Both the position numbers and the translations under genes were made by a program. This document shows positions 48,966 to 60,383 of a stretch of DNA of 64,000 bases, piece by piece. Below the pieces are notes generated by a model. The model was not told where the DNA came from, searched no databases, and worked only from the letters and a program-made list of their open reading frames with translations. The stretch covers positions 8,974,844 to 9,038,843 of the forward strand of contig CM082588.2 in the NCBI GenBank assembly GCA_040954595.2. Reading direction: 5' to 3'. Positions within the stretch are counted from its first letter, which is position 1. Each line of letters opens with the position of its first letter. Source of the DNA: Balanoglossus misakiensis (Eukaryota; Animalia; Hemichordata).

Positions 48966-51839
48966 TTTTTTTATTTATTTATTTATTTGTTTGTTTGTCA
49001 CCCGCTACAATCATTGCAGCTGGGTAAAAGGAGGCGGAAAATCGCAAGATGTTAGTCTAATAAGTCCGTCTCCATCTGACATATTACTTGGTTGGCCATA
49101 CAGAAAAGTTTTTGCTTTTAACAGGAAGTAATGATACTTACAAATTTGGACGAACGAATGAAAACACCGACGCTTACAATAACATTGAAAGTGGTTCTGG
49201 ACGGGATCAAAGTTTTTGCAGCCGTGCAACGTGTCTAAACGGCGCTACTTGCGTTGATGGCACTTATATTGACGACGAGGAATTGGCTGGTGAACCCAGT
49301 TGTGTATGCGCTCAAGGATACACAGGCACAATGTGTGAAATGAGAGGTGAGTCGTAACCTTCAAATATAGGTACGCGCAGAACATAAACCGGAAAACTCG
49401 TCTGTTTCCCATAGGATTACATTGAAAACTGTTATAATTGTCATTTTCGCGAAATTTCATATCTCAATCAAGTACAAATCAATTCATTGGTCAAATAAAA
49501 TCGCATTGTCACCGCGCTCTATTTTGAGATAAATTTCGTTTTGCCCATAGACAAACCATGGTGTAAAATGCTGAGTTAGCAGTTTTCTTCTATTATCGAC
49601 TAATTTCATGGCTCGATGTTATAAGCGTTGTGATTATTCTTCTATTGACCCCTATTTTCTATCACGGATTTTCATTATACATACAAAGAAGTATCTAAAT
49701 TGAAGAAAGTGTGTGTCGAAGTACAATATTTTTACAAAGGTGGGACATCATGTAAAGCAATTGCAAAGAAAGTCGAATCAAACCTAGTAGACAACGTTGT
49801 CCCGCATTTCGCCACGATCGCTTGTACAATGACGTCATTCTACTCGCAAGCAACATTGCTTTCATTTTCTTCGCCAGTCATGAGAGTGGACCCAACCGTG
49901 GCAGTCGACACCGACGCTGGAAACAAAACACAGAACACTTGTACCACGGAGCTACAAGGGAACAACTAGTCTTGCTCCAAGACTGTGTGATACTGAAAAA
50001 GAAATGCGCGTCCGCGTTGCGTATAGAACAGGACGCGACGCTAATCACACAGTCTTGCCGATTCTGTAAACGCCCTCAAGTGGTTTTACCAGATTTTGGT
50101 AAGTAGCGGAGAACATTCGAACGTCATATGTCTGTCAATCAAATTAGCGTCGCGTCAACATGAGTTCTATACGCGTACATACCAGGTACAGAATACGCAT
50201 TTTTGGGCGTTATCGCGAGCTTTGTGCGCTTCTAGATGTTCTACGTGCAAATTAACGCCGCTCATGAATATTCATATCAAATATATGTGTGCAGAAACGT
50301 ACAGTCGCTTTGCCTGGCGGCGCGTCCACGTACGCTGACGCAGTTCCGAAAGTTCCATAGGCACAGCGACTGCTTAGAGTCTAGGGAACAACCTGTGCAT
50401 GACGCCATTAGTCGGTATTGTTCTATATGTAAATTAAATTGACTTGTCACTAAACATGTCCTCTTTTGCTTATATTTTACTAATCTTCTTCATAAAAAAA
50501 AACATCACGAGACATCGATATTTCTACAACATAGGGATGGAATCAGCCTCACCAATAACCATTACATGTTATACGATTCACTCTTATGAAAATGAGCTAT
50601 TATTTATTCATAACTGTTTACTGTGTTTCACATGATGGTTCATATCCGATTGACTACAGCATGACGAAGATTTCTATACTTGAGTCATCATCGCGGCTAG
50701 TATACTGTCCAAGTTGTTGGTATTCGGTATCAAATTTAAGTCCGGACTTCAATTGCCGACAATAACGTTGGTCCTTCCACAGACAAGACTGCAGTGCGCA
50801 TGCGTTTATGAGCATAATACCGGACACTTTATTTGTTTTGTAGGGGGCGTTGTTATAAGCGTTGTGATTATTCTACTATCGAGCAACTGTACATTGATCT
50901 CCATTGTGATTCTGCTTTGTCGCAGGTACGATTAGGGACTGTTCAGAAATTACTTCCGGGGGTGGAGGATTTTCAGGGGGGACCACTCATTTTCTCCAAG
51001 AAAAATTAGGGGGAACAGACATATAAATCACAATCCTTTAAGGGGGACCATGGAAAAACCCCACAATTTACTAAGGGGGTCCATGGAAAAAATCACCAGG
51101 AAAATAAAAAATACTCCGGCCCACGCTGGAAGTAAATTCTGAGCAGTCCCTTAGTTCATTGCAAGAAATGCACTTATTATTATTATTATTATTATTTAGA
51201 CTAGTTGGCTATTTCATATACAGTGTATGTGATTTTCAGTAGGCGTCTTTGTGAACGACCGGTGATGTTTTAAATTGTGAAAAAGATTGTTTCACATTCA
51301 GTCGACCAAACTTTACAATCTCAGCTGTTGTTATGATGAACAGCTCAATCACAGTTTGCTAGATTGAGTAATTTGTGGGAATTAAACTCATGTATTGTAT
51401 TGTTGTGACTAGGGTATATGTAGATACTAAGACATCGCTCCAAAAAGAAAATTAAATTATGGCATTACTATCTTTTATCATGTGTTTACAAATAACTCTG
51501 GGGCTTTATAAACGTTAAAGAGTTCAGAGATACAGAGATACCACAATTCACACTTTGAAAACAACAAGCCTATGGATACGTGGTACAATGTATTATTGTG
51601 AATTGCAGTTTCGGTGATTCCACAATCATGGTGTACACAGCACTTTTCCGTGCATAATATATTTTTTTTATTATAGGAGGAAGAAGAAAGGGACCGTCGA
51701 TTTGAGGGTCACCGAACAAATGTATCAGTCACTCGATCTTCGGGACATGTCCAATGACACATACATGAAGATGCCAAAGGGCAATGCTGAGAAAAGTGAT
51801 ATGAACGCAGACGGTCACATATATACGACATGCCACTGA
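47437..51839 (+). CDS. Single EGF-like domain type I membrane protein (~192 aa) with tyrosine-motif tail
   Basis: Exons 47437-47548 (signal peptide), 49125-49346 (EGF: CSRATCLNGATC...CVCAQGYTGTMCE), 50844-50925 (TM GGVVISVVIILLSSNCTLISIVILLC), 51677-51839 (RKKK, YQSL, YMKM, IYTTC). GT-AG with phases 1/1/2 compatible. A possible extra exon starts at 49878. Confidence 0.72.
47686..47893. mobile_element. MITE, related to the 1861-3244 family ends
   Basis: CCATTGCGAATCTG / CAGATTCGCAATGG and CCGGAAGTGC / GCACTTCCGG inverted pairs. Confidence 0.6.
47967..48250. mobile_element. MITE family C (partial copies from ~3515 and at ~53245-53412)
   Basis: GCCAAA...TGTGCTGTTCCGAT(C/T)AC is inverted as GTAATCGGAACAGCACA...TTTGGCC. 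Confidence 0.8.
48330..48538. mobile_element. MITE
   Basis: GGTAGAGTTGACATTTCAGAGCCCT / AGGGCTCTGAAAAGTCAACTCTGCC. Confidence 0.75.
48853..48997 (+). repeat. Compound microsatellite (TTTC)n(TTTA)n(TTTG)n
   Basis: Directly visible; sits inside a partial copy (~48558-49021) of the foldback family at 60752. Confidence 0.95.
50935..51150. mobile_element. Harbinger-like MITE 9 nt downstream of the EGF gene TM-exon donor
   Basis: TTA|GGGACTGTTCAGAAATTACTTCC...GGAAGTAAATTCTGAGCAGTCCC|TTA. Confidence 0.8.
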
Positions 51840-53029
51840 AGCCAGAACAGACCGAAGATGATATCAAGATGTACATTCAACCTCGTGACAAAAGGACGAA
51901 GCACAAATGTACTACGATAAAATTTCGTGTGAACCACTTGTTGGCTACCCCTTCATGGCATATTGCTTATATCACCCGGTAGTTTTGATAAATTTATTTA
52001 TACCCAATTTATAACCAAATTTATACCCAATACAATATAAGGTACCCACAGGCTCCTATACTAGTGTACGATCATTCTGCGCTTGACGACTTTGTGTGGT
52101 ACGCACAGTCCCCCACACGTGTGGTACGTCATGATAGTTGCTTGCACTTTGATCATAACATGTTTAAAGTCATGATATTAATTGCATAATATGATTGCAA
52201 CAGATACCGGGTATATATTCGAGGTAGTTTATTCACGGTAGAGGGACCGTGGTTCAGCCTATTGCAGCAAAGATCCTGCTTTGTGTTTCGACAAAAGCGA
52301 ATTCGTATAGAGCATAGGTGTTTATCGGACGCCGGGCTATGGACCGAATGAAAATGTCACTCCCACTAAACATGTGTCTGTAATAAATGCAATCTACTTA
52401 ATGTAGCTACAGTTACCATGGCAAAGTGAGATCTAGCCAATCACAGATTTTCCGAGGTAGCACAAGTGATAAAAAGAGCGCCACAATATGTTCTATGCAG
52501 GAACACTCAGATACGCCATTTCAGCCATATATGGGCGTATATAAATTGGAGGTGACCATATACCTTTAACTATTCAGCTGATGTGCTTGGTAACATTCTA
52601 TAGTATACTAACAAAAGATATTGTATTAACAATGCCACAGTTACTCCAACTTTGAGTTATTTCTCAGTATTTTTGTTTCGGATATGAAATTTGGTTTCTT
52701 CTTATACTCTGTTAAATAAATTATTGTGTTTTTCAGCACAACCCTTATACTAATCAGCATTGTTTTTTTTTACAAATGAATTCCAGTCCGGACGGGAATT
52801 AATCTGTCAACAATAAAACTGTCCGTTACTCATGGAAACTCTAGTTGCAAAAATGTGTACAGTCTATAAATTTGATACAGCGTCACTGTTATTTGATCAA
52901 TAAATGAAGTAAGTTTTATTAAAACAATGTGCAAAAATTATGGATATATATTTATTCATAGTTTTACAAAAAAATACTGCTTTATCTCCGAAGCTCGTTT
53001 GTCCTCTGAAAGTACACAGGGCAAAAACG

Positions 53030-53237
53030 TTGATGGTGCTCGATAGAGGACGCTTTCGACAAAATCCAGCCGATTGCGACTCCCATTTTTATTCCGACTG
53101 CTGGATAAACAGGCTTTCCAAAATACTGGTCTGCAAAAATCGCAAGTCGAGGGTTTCGGTGTCTGTACCATGGACTATCTAGTACACAGGTGGCCAGCAT
53201 ATGGTTGACCCAATTACCCTGGAGCGAGATGGACGTG
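53030..53237 (+). repeat. ~200-bp dispersed repeat, second copy ~59965-60168 just upstream of UBE2J1
   Basis: Shared CATGGACTATCTAGTACACAGGTGGCCAGCATATGGTTGACCCAAT. Confidence 0.8.
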
Positions 53238-56200
53238 GAATCACGCGAGAACGATGACGAAATCGCGCGCACCACGCAAGAACTATGACGTCATTTTCTA
53301 CACTATGGCGGACAGAGAAATACAAAAATTCGCAAAATAAAAAAAAATCCCTACCTGCCTACCCTTTGTTTGAAAACCATGTAATCGGAACAGCACATAT
53401 TATTTTTTGGCCTAAAGACAGCCCAGCCATCATCACGAACATGCAGGAATGTGACAACGCAGTACAACTTGGAGCAATATAAATGTATAACCTCACAGCA
53501 GAATTTGGCGATAACAAACAATACGCGAGGATTTCGGCGAATGGTCAGCCGATATGTTGAATATTGTTTTCTGGGGGGGGGGGGTGTCACACAAAGCAAA
53601 TCTACAGGCCACATCTAGAGAAACTGAAACTCAAACCGAGTACCAAAGTGCGTCAGTCTTTCAAAAACATTTCCGCGTCATTCACTCAATTTCTGTAGCT
53701 AATATTACAACGGACATGACATTGTGTCGACCCGGGATTTCTGCCAATAATCGGACGCTGATCGGCGACCATTTGTTTATTTACCTTACACGTCCGTCAG
53801 AATTTTTTTGTTGCAGATGATGAGTGAAAAAAATTGACATATCGCTCTGAAAATTAAATTAATGTTACATTCAAAATTCAAATCCATATTTAAATTCAGT
53901 CTTCAACAAAAAGCCTAACTGTGGTTGTTACACATGTACTACACTTGCAGAATACGTGGCATTTTGACAAGAAGATGACAGTAGTAACGTTCATACAAAG
54001 GAAAAGCGGTTTTTCAAAATTTAATGTTTCTTGCGAATTAAGTGTTATATGGAGCTATAAATTAGTCAAGTGTCAAACAGGACACTTGGGGCGGACAAAT
54101 CAAGTAGCCTGTCAAAAAGATTAGACAACACCATAATTTTTTTTTACTACGCATTACACTCCATATAGGTTTGCCTTAATGATGTACGCATGGAACATAA
54201 TACATACAACTGAGAAACCAAAAGTCCACAATCCAGAAATTTTGTGTTACAAGTAAAAGATACCAAATAATACCAGCATATCTGTACGTATCTGACCATA
54301 TCTGATCTCATAACCGTTTTGAATCTGAGTGTATATTGAGTAGCCATTTATCAGGACTGGTGCTCACTCAGACCAATCAAGTAAACTGCCGCAGGTATTT
54401 AAGTACTGATTTAGGCCTAATCGTGGAAATAGTCCTGTGAAAGTAATTATTGAAAATAAAAAACGTTCGGTTATTGGTCTCATTGAATTGATATACAGCA
54501 GCATGAACAAATATATATAACCAAGATGGGGGTCAGACAGAGACCATTAAGACGTTTCTGAAATGTCTCAGATAAAATACTGGTGTAAATTGTTATGTGT
54601 GAACGGTTTAAGTGGTCCTGAAATGTCTCAGATTTGAGACGACTTTGCTGGCCAGATCTGAGCCAGTGTAAGGATTAACACCTCTCCGCAACCCATTGTC
54701 TATGGGGCCGAGCCTCAGCGCCCACACATAAACTTTGTGTGTGTGGCAAATAGTGTCGCTGACTGAAATGTTTGGAATTTTACCCTGTGTGAACCTGGTA
54801 TGGTAGAAGGCAGTTTTTGATATTGAAAGCTGTGCCGATAATGTATTAACAGAAGAACGATTGCAAGGAGTACCCTTTTTTATTTAGGCCCTATTTTGGT
54901 AAATAAAGGAATGGGGGAAATGACAAGGATTTATTATTTTTAAAAGTTCAAACACTTTGAAATTTGTGAACATTTTTTTTTTGCAAGACTGACTGCCTAC
55001 GTTTCTATGTCATCTGATAACTCGTTGCTCATGTCAACAATTTGTATAAAATGCCTCCCGTCAGATCATCAGTTCGTGAATACATTTGAACATTTATGAG
55101 ACGTTGTCATTTATAAGCCCGATAAATAATCACACACGGCGGTCACTTTGTCATCTACAATGACTTTCTACGAGAACTATCTCGAAGACGTCTGTCAAAT
55201 ACTCATAGCAACATAAGCATTTTTAAAAAGAAGGGCGAAACAATTAAAACTCGGTTAAGTAAAAAAATACATGTACTTACTTTGGCCGCAAGTGGAATTA
55301 ATAGTATACCAGCGATGATCAATCCTACTATTGTATTGATTGGGTTGGACATCAAGCTGAAAAACAAACCCAGCCAGGCAAAAATAGTGGGCTGGAAGAT
55401 CCAAAAGATGACGCGTCTAAAATCCATGCCACAAGACAGTAGACAATCGAAGTATTCTATAATGTAATGAAAGATATTCACGACGTATAAAAACACAATC
55501 ATGCGTTTTTTTTCTATTTTAATAGCTCGGGGGGGGGGGGGTCATTAAACTGAAAGATTCAGTCGTGTGCGGGCGCTCCGGCAAAAGGGTCTTAGGCGGC
55601 GAGCCGGAACGACCGCACAGGACTGAATCTTTCGGTCTAGGGGTCATGTGTTTTGGCTAAAACATTATATTATAACAGACGACGGTTACATTTGCATTAA
55701 ATCACAGACAAATAGAAAAGGTTAAATACGGAAAGGAGTGTGATATAAACCACAATCATCGTATTAGAAAATTCGATATTTCTCACCAAAGACAACTCAA
55801 AACAAACCCCACAAACCATTACCGTATCTGAACTTTGCTTGGTGAAAATATTTCTGTTTACAAATAATGCAGGAATACACGTCAGTTGAATTAAAAAAAT
55901 CAAATGTAAATTCCGTTTTCGAAACAACTTCGTGTTGCAATTTTGGGATGAATTAATTTAAGTCATGTTCTTTTGAATTTTTAATAAACGTAAGAATTCG
56001 AAATAAATAAAACTATAACGTTAATTTCCATTACAAACGGAAATCACAGTGTCGGTGGGCTTCTTAATATTTCATTAGTGTGCTCAATTAACAAAGTAAT
56101 TTGCCTAATGATCCGAACAATGCTAAAACCTTGATTATCTTCTCGAAACTAAACAGGTATTATTATCTGTTCTTACCAAAGTCCCATGATAGCTCATATC

Positions 56201-59193
56201 GAAATAAAGCGGAAGACACGATGATAAACATCATGATACTACCATAACTATATGCACCACCAATGGTCACGCCGCCATAAAAGTTTAACAAACTTTTCAT
56301 TCCAATTTCTAACCATGACAAAGTATCTGGATTTGGGGGGAAACACAACAGTAATTTGAATAGATAGAAGGCGAATCCTACAGTAAAGTGTCTCTATGGT
56401 TTCTCTCGGCAAAACACAAATACAAGCATTTTAAAACATATCCGTCATGTCGAGTTCTCTTCAGGAAAATTTGCGTTATTCTGTTGCATGTGACGGTTTG
56501 TCAATGTTATCGACCCATGAAAAGTCGACCCAGGATTCCAGGAATAGGTTTATTCATAGACTAGCCTGGGCCTACTAGTCGCTTGGTGATTTTTAGGAAT
56601 CTCAATACTTTTTGAGTGTTTGCGGTGATTTTTTTTCTTTATATATAATTCCAATACTTTTTGTGTGCATGCTTGCTTTGAGCGTGTTTCTAGTAGTGAG
56701 TTGAGTTTCGAATTTGGGACTGAGCTCGTGGTTTCGGTTAGCGTCGACCTACGCGACCTGCATGCGTGGGCCTACGCGCTCCCTAAACATACGCGCTCAC
56801 ACTTGCTGTCTTTTACTCCACACATACTAAATAGGAGAGACTCGGAACACATTTTTAAATGTATTAATTATTAAATAATGAAGTCCTTAGATTAGAGCAA
56901 GTCTAGATTATTTAGTGAAAACGTGGTCTATATTGGCGGTACATTGCAACACTCCTTTCTTGATGTGAGTACGCCCGAGAGATGATCACAACGCAACGCA
57001 ACGCAACGCATTGGAATACAACACAATCATCGTAAATCTTGAAAATCACTGCGAAAATGAAAGATTCAATACTCACATTCTCTCTCCACGATTACCAACG
57101 ACCGTTCTTCGCCCTGAATTATATAAATAAACAGTATTAGCGAGTTCAATTATTCAGTTGAATTCCGACATCAATAGAATATTTGCATCTGTTCAAAAGA
57201 AACTAGTAAAATTGCCTGATTAACTCATTACCTACCATATTGTTTCTCCTCAAATAGATGATCAAGAAAACAAACGTGAATAAACTCATTCCTTCTCGGT
57301 GCGAGATCAAAAATTATTTTTGTCGAATCAAAAGCGAAAGAAAATATAAAAGGGTTCGGTAACTGACACGCACTGTAGACTTTGATATGGCTGCTTTTGG
57401 AGTTTCAGGCAGTGGTAATGATTAGCTAGTACTCTGGCATGTGTCCATGAATGGGCACGCAATAATCGTGTCTTGCTCTTCCGAAAGAATCTACCCCCAC
57501 CCCATACATAATCGAATCTAGTGGTCCACCTTTCCGTGTTGGGTTGGGGGGGGGGGGGCGGTGGTGGAGAAATAACAATAAAATGGCTACCGAAAAAGAT
57601 AATCAAGGACATTTTCTTAACGAAGTTATTTATGAGATTATATAATCGTACCTCTTTAGTCTGCGAGCTGCTAAATTTCACATTTTTTTCTTCAAATCTG
57701 CTGTCTATCCTTGAAAATCATCACCATAATTAAGCCATATTACTTGTATTTGCATCATTTTGTCATTTCTTGGTGACGCATACCACGACAGTTTTGTACT
57801 CTTTGAATGGAGGCCCATTAAACGGATACGTCCGGCACTTGTTCTAATATTGCAACATACAGCCACAATCGGGTGCCCATAAGATGTTAATGTGTCAGAA
57901 ATCTTATCTAGATGGACCAATCTCAGTTGGAAAATGAAATCATGAAAATAATGCAAAATGTGGCAACCCTTGGGGCTTCGAAAATTCAAAAGAACTCACA
58001 CAAACCATACGTTATACATTTTCGCAGTATTTAAGAAGACGTCTGTTGAAATTGATGTAAAATCCGTTTACGAAGCCTTCACATGTGACCATTTCAAGTT
58101 GGCCATGGGACAATTCGCCCGATTTTGAAGCAAGTTATGTCCCACTAAACTTTCTAAAATAAAGGCTAGATATTAATAAAAATATATATGCTACTAATTC
58201 TATTACACACGGAAAACATCAGTGTCGGTGGACACTTAATATTTTACTCATGTTTCCACACAATCATGTAATAGCTACGGACGTACCAACTTTTTTACCT
58301 AATGATCCGAACAACGCTAATCCTTGATTGTAATCATCTAGAGACTATGGTATTATTTGATCTTATCAAAGTCCGATGATAGCCCCCATTTAAAAATAAC
58401 GAAACAAGTAATGATACCCGTGACCCACACAGGACTTATTGTTCGTCTAAAAAACGCGTGGCATTTTAAAAGTGTGAACGATTATAAAATCAGGCAACGT
58501 GTTTCTGATGTGGTACTTACCTGAAACTTTCATCGGAGAAGCTTGTATTTTAATTCAACTGCGGATGATGAGTAACAAAATTACATATATATTACTCTGA
58601 AAATTACAATAATGTTTCATTCAAAATTAAAATCCATATTTAAATCCAATCTTCAACAAAAAGTCTAACTGTGGTTGTTACACATGTACTACACTTGCAG
58701 AATACGTGGCATTTTGACCTGAAGATGTAGGTCATACGAAGAAAAAAAGGCAATTTTAAAAATTCAGTGTTTCTTGCAAATTAGGTGTTATCTAGAACTC
58801 TAAATGAGTCAATTGGTAGACGATAAAATGGTTCAAATAGGACACTTGGGGACAAATTAAGTAGCCTGTCAAAAAGATGAGACTGCATCATACGTTTCTT
58901 ACTAATTATAAGCGTTGGGTTGGCAAGGCTGATTTTAATCATACAAACGCATGTCCATCTCCTAAGGGATTATTAGACTATATATAAGTTATTTTCGCTT
59001 AGTCTAAAGAGACTTCCGGCGACCCTGTACACATACAGTAAGGGACTGATCAATTTCTTCGGCTGGGGTGGTGGGGTGGTTAAGGGTCCCCTGTTTTTTG
59101 ACTCGCTCAGTAGAGGAGTCAATGTGTTTTTGATTGTGAGCGAGTACATTTTTTTTATACCAAACCAGCCCACAATTACACAAAATTAAATTA

Positions 59194-59510
59194 TACCAGT
59201 ATATTGGTGGTGTAAATCACACTATTTTATTGGTCGAGACACGACACGTGACTGTGATATATTCGTCACATACCACAGTCATATATCACGCAAAACTCAT
59301 AGTCAAAGAAAATGCCTTTTAAAAATGTTTTATGCAAAGTTTCAATATACTGGTATAATATAATAGCAATAAAACACCCCCAGCCATGGTATACCACGAG
59401 ATTTTGACCATTTCAACTCCATATACGCATATATATCGCTCGTGCGTATATGTCGTGAACTGGTCAAAATCTCGTGGTATACCATGGCTGGGGGTGTTTT
59501 ATTGCTATTA
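59194..59510 (+). repeat. ~320-bp composite palindromic element; inverted copy at 62015-62333
   Basis: A module with TACCAGTATATTG TIRs joined to a ~150-bp palindrome (AGCAATAAAACACC...GGTGTTTTATTGCT); near-identical reverse complement at 62015-62333. Confidence 0.85.
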
Positions 59511-60383
59511 TATATCATAGCAGTCGTGAATTGGATCACAGTCTCTCCACTAACCCTGCTGGCATCATTTGGACTAGCAAACACTAAACTCGTTTGCAGT
59601 CCATCCTGGGCAATTGAACACGCCAGAAAGCGATGTTTAACTTTCTTTGTCCCAACAATTTGCGTAGTGACACCCATTTTTTCTTAAATTGATTTAATAT
59701 ATTTCAAACAATTATCTACCAAGTTTCAAAAAATGTAGTAAAAAATTATAGAACAGAATATTTTAAAGCAATTTCTATGTTTAATTAATTTTAACTGTGG
59801 AAATGATATGCGATTATAATACTGAACACGAGAAAATCTAAAATTTGCTTAACATAAGATATTCATTGATTTTATATTCTATAATTGTGAATAAACTATG
59901 ATGACCCTCCCATACTTACAAATGGAGCCGATTTACAAATATCTACGAAAACTAGCAGAAGCTTTGAGGGTGGTCGATAGAGGGCGCTTTCCACAAAATC
60001 CAGTCGATTGACCCCCATTTTTATTCCGACTTCTAGATAAACAGCTTTCCAAAAATACTGGTCTGCAGAAATCGCAAGTCGAGGGTTTTGGTTTCTGGCC
60101 CATGGACTATCTAGTACACAGGTGGCCAGCATATGGTTGACCCAATGACCCTGGAGCGAGATGGACGTCGACACGCGCAGTACATATTGCGCATATGCGT
60201 TGCATTTGTAAGACCATTTGTGATTGGTGTATAGTACTCTACGGCTCACTTTTTATCCAATGAAAACCCTTCTAGTACCAATACCATTGTTTTGGGCCAC
60301 GTCAGGCCAACATGCAGAGGACGCTGGACACAGTGCAACCATAATATTTCCGGGTTCGGGATAGATACGGATATCCTTGCAAA

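Noticed and set aside
48750-49055. Hydrophobic 101-aa ORF (FLSF/IYLF repeats)
   Set aside because: It is the translation of a microsatellite.
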